A DNA stretch of 58,777 bases, counting the filler, from Squatina squatina (Eukaryota): assembly GCA_031763465.1 (NCBI GenBank). It is 3 parts of 3 records of this genome, joined end to end, with 100 filler letters (N's around TTAATTAATTAA, not from the genome) between each part and the next. Parts side by side here need not be neighbours in the genome. Positions count along the whole stretch, not along the records: positions 1 to 17,726 come from JARFOE010000176.1; positions 17,827 to 35,143 come from JARFOE010000233.1; 1 more part is not named here. One strand, given 5' to 3'. The first letter of the stretch is position 1; every line of letters begins with the position of its first letter. The translations under genes and the position numbers were made by a program. Below the pieces are notes generated by a model that had not been told where the DNA came from, did not search any database, and saw nothing but the letters and a program-made list of their open reading frames with translations. Positions 11,335-24,055 of the stretch are shown here, in pieces.

Positions 11335-14300
11335 NNNNNNNNNNNNNNNNNNNNNNNNNNNNNNNNNNNNNNNNNNNNNNNNNNNNNNNNNNNNNNNNNN
11401 NNNNNNNNNNNNNNNNNNNNNNNNNNNNNNNNNNNNNNNNNNNNNNNNNNNNNNNNNNNNNNNNNNNNNNNNNNNNNNNNNNNNNNNNNNNNNNNNNNNN
11501 NNNNNNNNNNNNNNNNNNNNNNNNNNNNNNNNNNNNNNNNNNNNNNNNNNNNNNNNNNNNNNNNNNNNNNNNNNNNNNNNNNNNNNNNNNNNNNNNNNNN
11601 NNNNNNNNNNNNNNNNNGACTCCAAAGACCCTTTGGGTAATGTGTGTGTGACTTTTGATCCAAATCTTACACCAGTTAATGCAACATGACATCCACTTAA
11701 GCAACCATAAAGTAGAGTCTTGGACTGCTCCATCATTTGCCTATAGACTGGTGCCTGCACACTGGATTTCCTTTCAACACACTGTAATTTATCACATCTT
11801 AGCCCTCTCCTCCTTCAGACTTGCGAAAGGCTACCAATGTATTTATTATTTCCAAAGGCTGCAAGGATCTGTGTCCCCTATTCTGCCACTTCTCTTTAAT
11901 TGCCCACATCCCTTTAAGTTGCACCGACAAACTGCTTCTGCTCCAATCACTAATGTGTTCCCTGCACCCATCTAAATCTGTGCCCAAAGTTGCAACTAAT
12001 TATGCTAATATACTGATTCACGAAATTTAACTGCTGTTCCCAATTTACGACTAACAAGATTTGCATCAGTTCTTAACCAATTAGAGCCAACTTACACCAG
12101 TACTTAAAAATGATGCCCTTATCTGCCAAATAAATTTAGGATTTGATGGCCTATAACATTTGCTAAATCCTATGAGGAAGCTCAAATGAGCCAATTTTCT
12201 CAATAAGGTTTGAGCAGTAGCTGCAGTAATCACAGGATGATTGCTATGACTAAGGAGTACATCAATACTGGAATCAGGTACCTGTTCTGGCAAAATGCCT
12301 TATGCATGTATATAAGAAATTACTCATCATTGAGCAAATATCTGTGTGATATCAAGCGCTTCCTTTCAAATGATTTGGTTAGAGAGACAGATTCAGGGTG
12401 TGTTAATAACCTCCTATAATATGATGAAAGAATCAAAAATTATGAAGACTTCTTCACCACTGATCACTGCTGTGTATAATTATCATCAGCATAGGGAGCT
12501 TGGACATTTTAATAAAAGTCATATATCTGGAGTTTGTTGTGCATTTGCTCACAAGCTGGTCGGCATTATTTGAATGAAAGCAAGTCTTCTGAAGCAAAAG
12601 AGCAGAAGTTCAGAAGACAACAAAATCTGGAGCAGGCAGCTGGAGCATGTCAGGTGGTACACATTTGACATTTTAACAGCCGTGACTGTGCTCTGGGAGA
12701 AACATTCCCAGATTAATAAGAAAGNNNNNNNNNNNNNNNNNNNNNNNNNNNNNNNNNNNNNNNNNNNNNNNNNNNNNNNNNNNNNNNNNNNNNNNNNNNN
12801 NNNNNNNNNNNNNNNNNNNNNNNNCTTATTTTCCTAAACAATCACAGCAAGCCATTTAAACTTCATGTTTGCTTGAACTAATACAGTCATTCATAGATCA
12901 ATACAATCAATTACTGTACAGACTCCTGAGGTGGTTGTAGTGTAGACTGCAGGTCTCTTAGGTTAGACACAATGGTTGAAAGAACTGTTCAATTATTGGA
13001 GTGGGGGTGAGAAACACTCCCACAGGAGGTTTTAGATGGATATTCTTTTTTCCCTGGGGAGATGCAATACATAACCAGACTAGTGGACTAGTATTTTTAA
13101 TTCGAAAAGCCAATAGTGCATATATTCCTAAATATATGCTAAAGAGCTGTTAAATTGGACTTTGGAGAAACTGTTTATTTATTTCCCCTCCACCCCCTGC
13201 CCCCAAAACAACTTTTATAGTTCTTGCATTGGTTCTCTTCCACATAGTTGCAGCACCATCAAGTTATCAGGATGTGCTACACTTTCACTATCGCTGAAGG
13301 AAGAATTATTAAGAGGATAGTGAACATTTATAAAGCAGGGGTTGAAGAATAAAAACAGCTGAAGTGAGAAATATACAAGCCAATATATAACATTTTTCTT
13401 GTCTCCAAATTAATTTAAGACAACAAGGCTCAGTCACATCACTGACTTGTGGACTGCATATTTGAAACATGCAACACAAAAATACAGCATTTTGGGAATA
13501 ATCTAGAACTTATTTTAAACATTGTCAACTCTCATTTATTCTGAACTCGAAGAAAGTTTCAAGGTCATTAAGTCATTTTGGCATGGGGNNNNNNNNNNNN
13601 NNNNNNNNNNNNNNNNNNNNNNNNNNNNNNNNNNNNNNNNNNNNNNNNNNNNNNNNNNNNNNNNNNNNNNNNNNNNNNNNNNNNNNNNNNNNNNNNNNNN
13701 NNNNNNNNNNNNNNNNNNNNNNNNNNNNNNNNNNNNNNNNNNNNNNNNNNNNNNNNNNNNNNNNNNNNNNNNNNNNNNNNNNNNNNNNNNNNNNNNNNNN
13801 NNNNNNNNNNNNNNNNNNNNNNNNNNNNNNNNNNNNNNNNNNNNNNNNNNNNNNNNNNNNNNNNNNNNNNNNNNNNNNNNNNNNNNNNNNNNNNNNNNNN
13901 NNNNNNNNNNNNNNNNNNNNNNNNNNNNNNNNNNNNNNNNNNNNNNNNNNNNNNNNNNNNNNNNNNNNNNNNNNNNNNNNNNNNNNNNNNNNNNNNNNNN
14001 NNNNNNNNNNNNNNNNNNNNNNNNNNNNNNNNNNNNNNNNNNNNNNNNNNNNNNNNNNNNNNNNNNNNNNNNNNNNNNNNNNNNNNNNNNNNNNNNNNNN
14101 NNNNNNNNNNNNNNNNNNNNNNNNNNNNNNNNNNNNNNNNNNNNNNNNNNNNNNNNNNNNNNNNNNNNNNNNNNNNNNNNNNNNNNNNNNNNNNNNNNNN
14201 NNNNNNNNNNNNNNNNNNNNNNNNNNNNNNNNNNNNNNNNNNNNNNNNNNNNNNNNNNNNNNNNNNNNNNNNNNNNNNNNNNNNNNNNNNNNNNNNNNNN

Positions 14301-15992
14301 NNNNNNNNNNNNNNNNNTAGTTGATAAGTTTAGAAGGTTTTTAAATTTACTGTTCTCTGGGGAGGGAAAGGGGAATGTGCAATTTATACTTGCAAATTAC
14401 TTTATACAGCTATAATCACCACTGCAGTAACTTTTCCCCAGTCAATTAAATTTAGATACAAACATAGACATTTCCCTCTTGTTCAGAGACTCTCAAGGGT
14501 TTTGAAAAGGACTTCTAGTACTCTTTAAAAAGGGAGCAGCTCAGATTCCTGTTGCTGCACACTCTTCAGTCAGAGAGGCAACAAGACTGTTTCAGCCTAC
14601 ATCAATATAATGCTGTCANNNNNNNNNNGTTTTTTTGTACTTCTTTCCATTTTACTCTTAAAATGCACCACCTGCTTTTTATCAAACTATTTAGTTCTAT
14701 TGCTCCTCCAAGCTATCTCAACCGCAGTAGATGGCACTAATATAATCCAATAAATATCCAGAACAAGTCAACTCCCAAATGGTATTGCATCTACATCCAT
14801 TGTAGTTGGTTCGACTTTTGAATACAACTTTACATTATGCAATTAATCTTGCCCAGATTAAAAGTCTATTGTGGTTTCAACCTAAATTAGTAATCTTTTG
14901 TGGAGTGTGTTGTCTAACATTCGTTTCTACAGTCTACACCAAACCAATATAACAATTGAACATTTTACGCTGCAATTAAGTTGATGAATACTGCAATAAA
15001 ATTAATAATTCATTGAATAAACAAATATAATTTGTGGCACAGGTTAAACTGCACAGAGAGAAGTCCAGGACGCGAAAGGTTCACATAAGAGGAGCTCGCC
15101 TTTGGAAGGGCGTGGAGGGGGATGGGACCAGTTTGATTTTCTTTTCAAATATACATTTGGCTAGCAATAAATCATGTGCTACTTCATCACCAATACTTTT
15201 CCATTGAAGGACTCCATTTTCTATTTACTTCCATTGTGAACATTGAATGAACTGCTACATTTAGGGGGGAAAAATATTAAACCTTGCATCTAAATCACAT
15301 GAGCCAACCTATCGTTTTAGATTTCCCCTATAAATACAGATAAGAGTCTTGACTCCAAGCACCGGTGATGTCCTGGTTTTGGGCTAAAGACTGAATATAG
15401 TGAAAACCCATTCACATCTTTCAGAACTCTTCAAAGCCAGTGTACAGAGGGTCCTATGGTGAAACAGCCATGCGTCAATCAATCTTATTGTACAATAAGT
15501 TAGTACATGTGTACCACAGACCAGGTATGCAATAGGTTTCATTTGATAGTCTAATGTGGATGTTAACGAAATTCAGCAATAACGACCGGCAATATTAAAA
15601 TGTAAATGCATTTTTCATTCTGAACATGGATGTTGGTGTAGAAATATAACCCAAAGACATTTTTTGCAATCCTATTCCTAGCCTATTGAAGACTCCATTA
15701 AAGGCATTCCTTGATCCAAATTAGTCTGCAGTGTACAAGATCCGAAACAAGGTCAAACAATGCTTGAAAACAGCTTCGCTGAAATCCCAAGATATTCGGT
15801 ATTTAAGTTCCATGGAAGTGCTGTTAATGTGGTACCCTGGGTGATGAAGAGTAGTTTTGTTGCCAGTGGGATTAGAATTCAGCTGCATCTCAACTGCTTT
15901 CCCGTATCTACAATACAACCATATATGAAAGCCAGTCTGTCCCAATGGCTTCCATAGACGAAGTTCTGAACAGTTTCTGCAATGACCGTCAT

Positions 15993-16133
15993 TTATTCCA
16001 TAATTGCACGGTACAGAGATGGCTCAACATAGTCCCCACGATACCTGGAGTTCAAAACTCGCTGTCGCTTTGACACATGGGCGACCTCCTCTTCTGCAAA
16101 AATCCCAGTGAAGCGCATGTCTGACGCGATGGA
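15993..16133 (-). CDS. KDM4A: KDM4A (JMJD2A lysine demethylase) last coding exon
   Basis: Acceptor ttttgcag, then 141 nt translating SIASDMRFTGIFAEEEVAHVSKRQRVLNSRYRGDYVEPSLYRAIME*. Human KDM4A ends SVASDMRFNEIF...KRQRVINSRYREDYIEPALYRAIME. Confidence 0.95.
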   Translation of the reverse strand, partial: SIASDMRFTGIFAEEEVAHVSKRQRVLNSRYRGDYVEPSLYRAIME

Positions 16134-16599
16134 CTGCAAAACAAAAGAAATATTTTTAAAACTTTAAAATGTAAAACGGCTTTATGAACACTCAAGACAT
16201 TTGATCTAAATTAATTTCCAATATTTATGAACAAAATAAACTTTGAAATGGTAAAACCCAAATTGCTTTCTGTATAGGTCCTGTTTGCAGAACTACAATT
16301 AAGAGACTCAGGACAATAAGAATGACAGAAGCTGTGAAATTCTCAATTTGGGGTGAGGAGCAAGAAGACAAAGAGCTTTAATCCAGCAAATTTCCATACT
16401 GTGACAAGAATAAAAGGAATTCAGAACAGATGGCACAAGAATAAAATATCTTTGCTTGTGACCACACAAAAAGTGTTTTAAAGTTTGAAATGCAAGTTTA
16501 AAATATACAGGTACCAACTTTTCCAAATGTTCATACTGGAGTCTTAATGCTATGTAAAAAAAGGTAAAAATGCCAGGCGGGGAGAGCAAACATGACCCA

Positions 16600-16920
16600 T
16601 ATTCATATAGCGCCTTTTACGACCTTAGCACGTGCTTTACAGCCAATTATGCACGTTTTCTGAAGTGTACTCACTGTTGTAATGTAAATGTGGCAGCCAA
16701 TTTGCACACAGCAAGGTCCCACAAACAGCAATGTGATCATTACCAAATAATCTCTTTTAGTGGTACTGGTACTATTCGAAGAGCAAGGGACTTCTCTGTA
16801 TCTGGCCAACATTTAGACCTCGACCAACACCAAAGACTAATTACCTGGTCACTTAACTCACTGCTATTTGTGGGACCTTGCTGTACACATATTAGCTGCT
16901 GTATTTCCTGCATTACATTA
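16600..16920. mobile_element. Two Deu-domain SINE fragments in inverted orientation
   Basis: Minus copy at about 16600-16760 (gcagccaatttgcacacagcaaggtcccacaaacagc) and plus copy at about 16770-16920 (gctatttgtgggaccttgctgtacacatattagctgc). Confidence 0.75.
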
Positions 16921-17469
16921 TTTTCATACCATCTACTCCTTTGGCATTCTTGGAAGTTTGCTATCCAACTTAAATGGCTGATATATGTCTCAAGTTGAAA
17001 ACAAAAAAGGGGATCCCCAAGGTGGAGTGAAATCCATGACTACACCAGCCAGGCTGAAGTAAAACTAAAGATACGAACAAATTCCTCCCTAGAGTTTTGG
17101 ATATTTGGACTAGATTCAAATCAGTTATTTTCTGCATTGCTACCCATTTAATCGATCTAAAACAAACAAAACAAAAATAAAAATGAAGTTACTTGATTGA
17201 AGATTATAAAGTACAGATGTGTATTTTCTACAAACAATACATGTCTATATTTCTTATGGAAAATACTGATTGTGGTTATTCACTTTCTGCAAGGGCCTAA
17301 ATAAAGGGATCCATAATAATGTAAACTGTACTTTGGTGGCTGGCACGGAAAAGGCCTCGAAACAAACCAATCTCTAATCTCTCTCTGCTGGGTCTAAATT
17401 CATACAAACTTCACAGAATAGCTCCTGAAATTGCATACTGCAGCACTAACTGAATAATAACATACTAAC

Positions 17470-17562
17470 CAGCCTGGATTTGACTTTTTTGGGGAGTTCT
17501 TCATTAAGAGTGTACACGTCCTCTCTCTTCACCATCAACTGAGAACCATCTTCAAATTCCAC
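17470..17562 (-). CDS. KDM4A: KDM4A penultimate coding exon (end of double Tudor domain)
   Basis: 93-nt phase-0 exon between ttcgttcag and gttagt. It translates [31 protein letters not shown]; human is [31 protein letters not shown]. Confidence 0.95.
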
Positions 17563-17726
17563 CTGAACGAACAAGCAAAGCACAGTCAGGTACGCCATGG
17601 ATAATGAAGAAAGGACAACTTATGTAGGTGGCTGCACCCCCAGGACATTGCATTTGTTGGATTTTAAAAGAAGACATTTTAAAATGTCGGTTCCCCACCA
17701 CAGAAGAGCTGAGTTACCACCAGGTG

Positions 17727-17826
17727 NNNNNNNNNNNNNNNNNNNNNNNNNNNNNNNNNNNNNNNNNNNNTTAATTAATTAANNNNNNNNNNNNNNNNNN
17801 NNNNNNNNNNNNNNNNNNNNNNNNNN
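17727..17826. other. Artificial scaffold linker N44-TTAATTAATTAA-N44
   Basis: Palindromic 12-mer with stops in all six frames, centred in exactly 100 nt. An identical copy is at 35144-35243, and the genes on either side are unrelated. Confidence 0.97.
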
Positions 17827-18008
17827 GAATTACCATACACTTCAATGAATAGTCACCCCTCAAAATGGTAGTAAAAACTGATCATTTTAAGTTGGTATTA
17901 ATATATGCCAACTCTTCTAGTTGTAGAACAAAACATAACCCCTCAACTAAGTCCTGTGCCTTCTTTCGCAAACTTGTCCAACATCATAAATGCTCAAATA
18001 TTACTTAC

Positions 18009-18179
18009 CGACCGCGACTGCTGTGTTTGGAAAGGGACAAACTGACCCGGAGGTGGCACGTGTGGATGATGGTGGGGTGACAGAGGTGGAGGGTGCAATA
18101 TGAAGGGATCACTTGAGATAAGAGGAGGAAATGCAGCATACGAAACTGGCAGATGTTGTACAGAACATGCTTGGAGCAT
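18009..18179 (-). CDS. RNF38: RNF38 (RING E3 ligase) internal exon
   Basis: 171-nt phase-0 exon between ctccag and gtaagt. It translates MLQACSVQHLPVSYAAFPPLISSDPFILHPPPLSPHHHPHVPPPGQFVPFQTQQSRS, nearly identical to human RNF38. Confidence 0.93.
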
Positions 18180-20199
18180 CTGGAGGGGGAAAAAAGATAA
18201 ATGTAATATTTCAAATCATCACTGTACTTGAAAAGATGTTAATTTAGAGGATAAATTAATAATTATCTGCTTTTCATACTTTTCTACTCAACACTTTAGT
18301 TGAGCAAGTGGTCTCTTAACACTTCTGAAAAACAGGGATGAAATAGAGTGTGTGTAGATATTAAATTCATAAAATAACAGTGACTCAATGACAGCAGAGA
18401 GGATAAAAAAAAACAATCACACAGACCATTGGTGGAAAAGATACAAGCTTAGATGCACCATAAATAGAATATAAATGTGTAAATTAAATACAAAAATAGA
18501 TGTAAAGTCAACAGTAGTCATGTCTGGGAAATCTACCAGGCTGATTTGGCACAGCCTAACCACGCAGCAGTAGACAATGCCCGAGTCCTTAAAGAGCTAA
18601 GCCAGGCACATCTGTTCAGTCCGGAACAGGGAACCCGTCATCTCAATTTCCTGCCCTAACGCAGCCTCCAGGAAAAAATAAGATGAAGGCCCATATGAGA
18701 GCCCTTTTTGTGTGGCTTGGAGAAACTCTGAAAATTAAGTAGCCCTCTTTTAGTAATGTCAGTCATAATGGTATATTTTTGGCTCATTTTAAGTCGTCAG
18801 TGAGCTAGGAGTATTGCAGCATTTGAAACATAGAAATACATGAAAGTTACAACATGGAAAAAGGCCCAACCAGCCCATGTTGGTTGTTTACTCTCCACAC
18901 GAGCAAATAGTTTTAATCACATTTACCTGACCTGTTTCCACATCCCTTCATCCCGTTTTCCATCATCCACCTATCCAATTTAACCTTGAATATTAATATA
19001 GTTTCTGCTTTAACCACTAACCCTGTAAGTAAATTTCACATCTTCACAACTCTTCTGTGAAGAAGTTTCACCTGCCCTTTGTTCTAAATCGCTCACATCT
19101 AATCTTGTATTGAAACCTTCGTGCCTGACCTTTGATAATTTTAAACACTTCTATCATATCACCCCGTANNNNNNNNNNNNNNNNNNNNNNNNNNNNNNNN
19201 NNNNNNNNNNNNNNNNNNNNNNNNNNNNNNNNNNNNNNNNNNNNNNNNNNNNNNNNNNNNNNNNNNNNTGTTCCTCCGAGGCTTTACCCCATTCTACCAT
19301 TGCAACTTCCTCCAGCCTGGCATCCCAGTTGATGCCCTTCAGCCTGCCAACTCCTGTACATCTCTCCACACACCACCCCTCCACTTTCACTCCACTCCAT
19401 TAGACGGCAAAGTCTTCAGCACGCAACTCCCTCCACAGACCTCCTCTCCACCTCAAATGCCTCCTCAATATTTCTTTGGCTCATGCTTTGGCTCATTATC
19501 TTTAATTTTTCTAATCTGCTTGGCATTTATTTCTCTTTTGTGAAGCACCTTAGGATGATTATGTTAAAGGCATTATACAGTGCAAGTTGTTGCTGAAGAA
19601 AATGTCATGGCATTGGATTTAATCCATCTTGCAGGATACTTTCACATTTAACAAACAAACATTAGGTCAGTGGTCATATGAGATGGAGACACAAACAAAA
19701 CACTATTAGATCTTCTGATCCTCTTCCCTTGCATCAGATGTTTTACACTAGACAGTCTGTACAAGTCTGATTACAGGAAACCTCCCATCATGAGCAAGTA
19801 AAATTAGCTTCACAAGAGAACCTTGGCTGCTATTTACATCCTCTCCAAAAAAAAAGTATTTGTTGCTTATCTACATAAACAGAAACATTTCTCTGCAATG
19901 TCACATGATTTTTCAACAGCTAAAATACTATACTGTACAAATGCCAAAGACTGATTTNNNNNNNNNNTCACTCTTATGGTTTTTTTTTTAATCTTAGTGC
20001 ACACATCAATTTACACAGAACTCTAATCTCATATCGATGTTTGCCCATCTCTCCTTTTCCCTACTCTTCCTCCTCCATTTTGTTTTCTGCTTCCTTAACT
20101 TTTTCTGCAGCAAGCGTCATTCCTCAGTTGAGGGCATGGAAGAGATTATTTTTAGATTGTCAATGTTGTTCAGCTGGACAAATAGGAAGTGCTTCAACA

Positions 20200-20660
20200 T
20201 GGTGCAGCTCTACTATCAACCAATCATACAGACCAAGAAGATCCCAGGTTCCATTCTCAGTCTGTGCTAAGATAGCTGATGTCAGCTAGGGCGAATCTGG
20301 AGTGCTACAATTTCCCTCACAGTCTGAGTTGGGAAAAGGCAAGGGAAGGAAATCAGCTAGAGTTCATACTTCTGATTACTATCCAGTGAACCCTGAAGGA
20401 ATTACACACCTGTGAACACTGACTCCTTGCTGAGGTACAGTTCCAAGATTTCATCCTGCAGCTCTCCCAACCGGGCAGAATTCAAGGATAAAAATAAGGC
20501 TCAGCTTTGATGCCACACCCCACGGTGACTCAGCAGCCTGCAACATTTATCACTTTCCGTCAAAGTGCACAGGTATAGAATGGTCACTTAGATGTGGTAC
20601 TGGTGGATGACAAATGCCCATGGAACAGTATCTCAACAAGGACATAATGTTTTTAAAAGG
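20200..20660 (+). mobile_element. tRNA-derived SINE, second family
   Basis: Head cccaggttccattctcagtctgtgctaagatagctgat and body ggaaatcagctagagttc...ctgattactatccagtga, shared with 23580-23850 and 44200-44550. Confidence 0.6.
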
Positions 20661-21045
20661 GGAGAAAGTGCCGAGTAAAAAATATCATATTTTGGCTTTG
20701 AATTTAAGAGAACTAGTATACAAATGAATAATGTGCTTCAATACTCACTGAGGTCACAACTGCCACGGCAGTTTTCACATCTTAAGAAACTGATGACCAA
20801 TTTATGATTTGCCAATCTATGTAATGGTAGTTCTTAACAGGAACATCCCTTTCAAAAACACTTGCTCAGCAACAGATTAGTTCCAGTTATACTCTATTTG
20901 ACTAATATGAATGATTAAAGACAAAGATCTATTTGTGGCACAGGTATCTCACCAAGAGGCTTATACAAAGTGAAAGCTTAATTGTCATCCAGAACCAAAA
21001 AATAAACCACACGTTCAAGCGATGTATCCAAATCAATTCACCTAC

Positions 21046-21259
21046 CTGCTCATGGATGTCAACCACCACAGCATTCTGCTGCGGAGGGTGTGCGGCAGGG
21101 TGGAGCATGCGTGGAGATACATTCGGAGGGTGAAATGCTCTGGGCTCCTCGACAGCTGGTTGTTGTCCATAAGGATGATGGTGGTAGTTTTCGTCTTGGC
21201 TCATAGAACTATGCCTAGTTAGTCTTTCTCGTCTCCCTCGTTGCCGCCTAACAGGAGGA
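21046..21259 (-). CDS. RNF38: RNF38 internal exon
   Basis: 214-nt exon between tttgcacag and gtaggt. It translates (S)PPVRRQRGRRERLTRHSSMSQDENYHHHPY...PPQQNAVVVDIHEQ. Confidence 0.95.
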
Positions 21260-22261
21260 CTGTGCAAAAGCAGGTCAGAACAGTAATAGGTAAACATTAA
21301 CAGTGCAAGTTAGTTGAACAAAATCTGCCTTTGATCAACAACTTAATTGCTTGGCCCAGGTAAACTACATTATAGATTTCAACTTGTGATTTATNNNNNN
21401 NNNNNNNNNNNNNNNNNNNNNNNNNNNNNNNNNNNNNNNNNNNNNNNNNNNNNNNNNNNNNNNNNNNNNNNNNNNNNNNNNNNNNNNNNNNNNNNNNNNN
21501 NNNNNNNNNNNNNNNNNNNNNNNNNNNNNNNNNNNNNNNNNNNCTAAGGCAACATGGTTTGAACTTAGGGATAATATCAAAAAGAAGGATGGGAAAGGAC
21601 CATTTGGCTCATCAAACTCGCCCCATCCAGACATGACGCAGCCTCGTGCACCATCAATCCCTCTAACTCACTGTCTCCTGGTAGGGGGAAAAAAAGAATA
21701 ACATTGTGGCCAATTTAGGGAAAAGCTCTAGAAAATTCTCCTCTGACTTTTTAAAGCAATCAAACAAATCTCCCAAGAGTAACTCCTGAATTAAAATTAA
21801 TTGAAAACCAGTTGAAAAATAGGATTTACATTTTCAAAAACCTTAGAAGTTTTGGAGAATCTACTCAAAACCTGGGCAGTCCATTCCAATTAGATGCATG
21901 CCAACAATGGCATCTCATCTGTGAGATCTACCTCCTGCTCCTTAAATTCCTCATCACCTAAGTGGTCTCCATGCCAGTTGACTCTAAGTGGCTCCCTCTC
22001 AGGATGCATTGTTGCTCTCCCTTTCAAACCTTTGTCATTAGCCTAATTTCTCAAAAATCGTGACCCCTCTGTCTTTGGGAACTAATAGCCGAGCTCTAAC
22101 CTCCCATTCTGTTCAAAGTCCTTGAATATGTTGCTTCTCAGATCCTTGCCTATCTCTGCTGCAACTCAGATCTGTGCCCATCTCTGCTGCAACTCCCTGT
22201 TTTGAATCATACAATCTGGTTTTCTCTCCTTTCCACAGCTCCAAAGCATACCTAACCAAAG

Positions 22262-22570
22262 TTGTTAGAGGAGAGTCTAGAACTAGGGAGTCATAGTCTC
22301 AGCAGAAGGGGTCGGCCATTTAGGACTGATGAAAAATTTCTTGTGAATCTTTGGAATTCTCTACCCCAGAGAGCTGTGGATGCTCAGTTGTTGAGTATGT
22401 TCAAGGCTAACATTGATAGATTTTGGACTCTTAAAGGAATCAAGGGAAATGGGGATAGTATGGAAAAGTGGAGTTGAGGTTGAAGATCAGCCATGATCTT
22501 ACTGAATGGCGGAGCAGGCTCGAGGAGCCATATGGCCTACTTCTATTTCTTCTGTTCTTCTGTTCTTATG
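22262..22570 (+). mobile_element. CR1 LINE 3' end
   Basis: ORF GSHSLSRRGRPFRT...VNLWNSLPQRAVDA...FKANIDRF followed by the CR1 3' UTR. Confidence 0.85.
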
Positions 22571-22799
22571 AATAACCTTCAGAGTAACTGCAATCTCTGT
22601 AGCCTTCGACATGCACCATAGTCCTCCAATGTTAACTTCAGTTTGAAACACTGTTGCAAATAAACCTGAGTGGTTTAATTCCATAAAGTGCATTACAATA
22701 TTATTTTCATTTCAAGAGCCAATAAGGTCTAAAGAAACACTCTATGAAATCGCAAAATTTAGACACCTCCCTAACCGCATCAGATTTGCAACTATTTAC

Positions 22800-22993
22800 C
22801 TTCTTCTGTTGCGTGCAGGTGTATTGCATCTTTCCCCTGAGAAATGGTGTTGATTTGGTCGAGCTGAGGGAGGCCGCCTATTAGATGTCATCTCCCATGG
22901 TCGCATTGGTGGTGATGGAGCAGGAGATACTGCTGTGTATTCAAAAAACGAATGAGAGAGGCGCTGGCGCTTAGGACTTGGGCTTTCTTCACT
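22800..22993 (-). CDS. RNF38: RNF38 internal exon
   Basis: 194-nt exon between atacag and gtaaat. It translates SEESPSPKRQRLSHSFFEYTAVSPAPSPPMRPWEMTSNRRPPSARPNQHHFSGERCNTPARNRR, and its phase fits the next exon. Confidence 0.95.
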
Positions 22994-23579
22994 CTGTATC
23001 ATCACCAGAAAAAGAACCTCATTAATAAAATATTCCTTCCCATATAGACATACAATATATAGTGTTGGCAAGATATAATCTTTCTGCAGAATATGGAGAC
23101 ACTAGCCTTGATATTTAAGGGAAGACGAAAACGGAGCGGGGGCAACCATCAGCGGGCCAGGAAACTCTGAAATTCTGGGAATGCACAGGTGCTGCCGAAT
23201 TTAATGGCAAGACCTCATTAGAATTTTTAAATTCTGTNNNNNNNNNNNNNNNNNNNNNNNNNNNNNNNNNNNNNNNNNNNNNNNNNNNNNNNNNNNNNNN
23301 NNNNNNNNNNNNNNNNNNNNNNNNNNNNNNNNNNNNNCAGTGGGAGTACCCTCAAAGGATCAGAAATTAGGCTTGGAGCAATGTTTTCTCTAATTTTTAT
23401 GTTTAGCAATTCCTATGTTCCTATGTAATATTAGTTCTTCATCTCCCACTTGCTGCATGCTTGGGAGTTGGAGTTCCATAATTTTCCATTGATAGTGTGT
23501 CTTTCAAGGATAGAACAAGAAAGGAGAAATTGAAGTGAATAGCACATGGAGATCATTGACACGGAGCTTTCAAGATGTC

Positions 23580-24055
23580 TCAGTGAGGAGCTGAGTCACA
23601 CAGGCCAGGAAGATCCCAGGTTTGATGTTCACTCTGTGCTGAGTTAGTTCATTCAGCTGGGGTGGTCGGTGCTGGAGACATTAGACGTGTCCTTGGCACA
23701 TCTGGATTAGGGAGAGGAAAATTGGCCAAGAGTCCCGTTGACAATCTTCATCCAGCCACTCCTGGGAGAAGTGTGTCCATATGGATATTGGGTAAAGACA
23801 GGATCATGCTCAGCTGTGATATTCACTGTCTGGACTTACAAATGAACAAAACAACAATTTGCATTTATCCTTAAATGCAGCAAAACATCCTAAGGCGTCT
23901 TACGTGAGCGATTATCAAACAAAATTTGACACCGAGCCACATAAGGTGAAATTCGGACAGGTGACCAACTGCTTGGTCAGAGAGGTAGGTTTTAAGCTGA
24001 GCCTTGGAGTAGGAGACAGAGGTACAGAAGTGGAGAGGCGAAGAGGTTTAGGGAA
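23580..24055. mobile_element. tRNA-derived SINE (+) abutting an L2 3' end (-)
   Basis: SINE head aagatcccaggtttgatg...tctgtgctgagttag at about 23610. L2-type tail acaacaatttgcatttat...aaaatttgacaccgagccacataagg from about 23850. Confidence 0.55.

Noticed and set aside
11167-14415. Long ORFs in the track (197, 245, 248 and 297 aa)
   Set aside because: They consist almost entirely of X residues from N runs.
20225-20290. tRNA-like A/B-box sequences here and at about 4818, 23600, 44200 and 58480
   Set aside because: They are degenerate SINE heads with no cloverleaf, not tRNA genes.
15993-22993. RNF38-KDM4A fusion gene on the minus strand
   Set aside because: The exons are separated by an artificial scaffold linker at 17727-17826.
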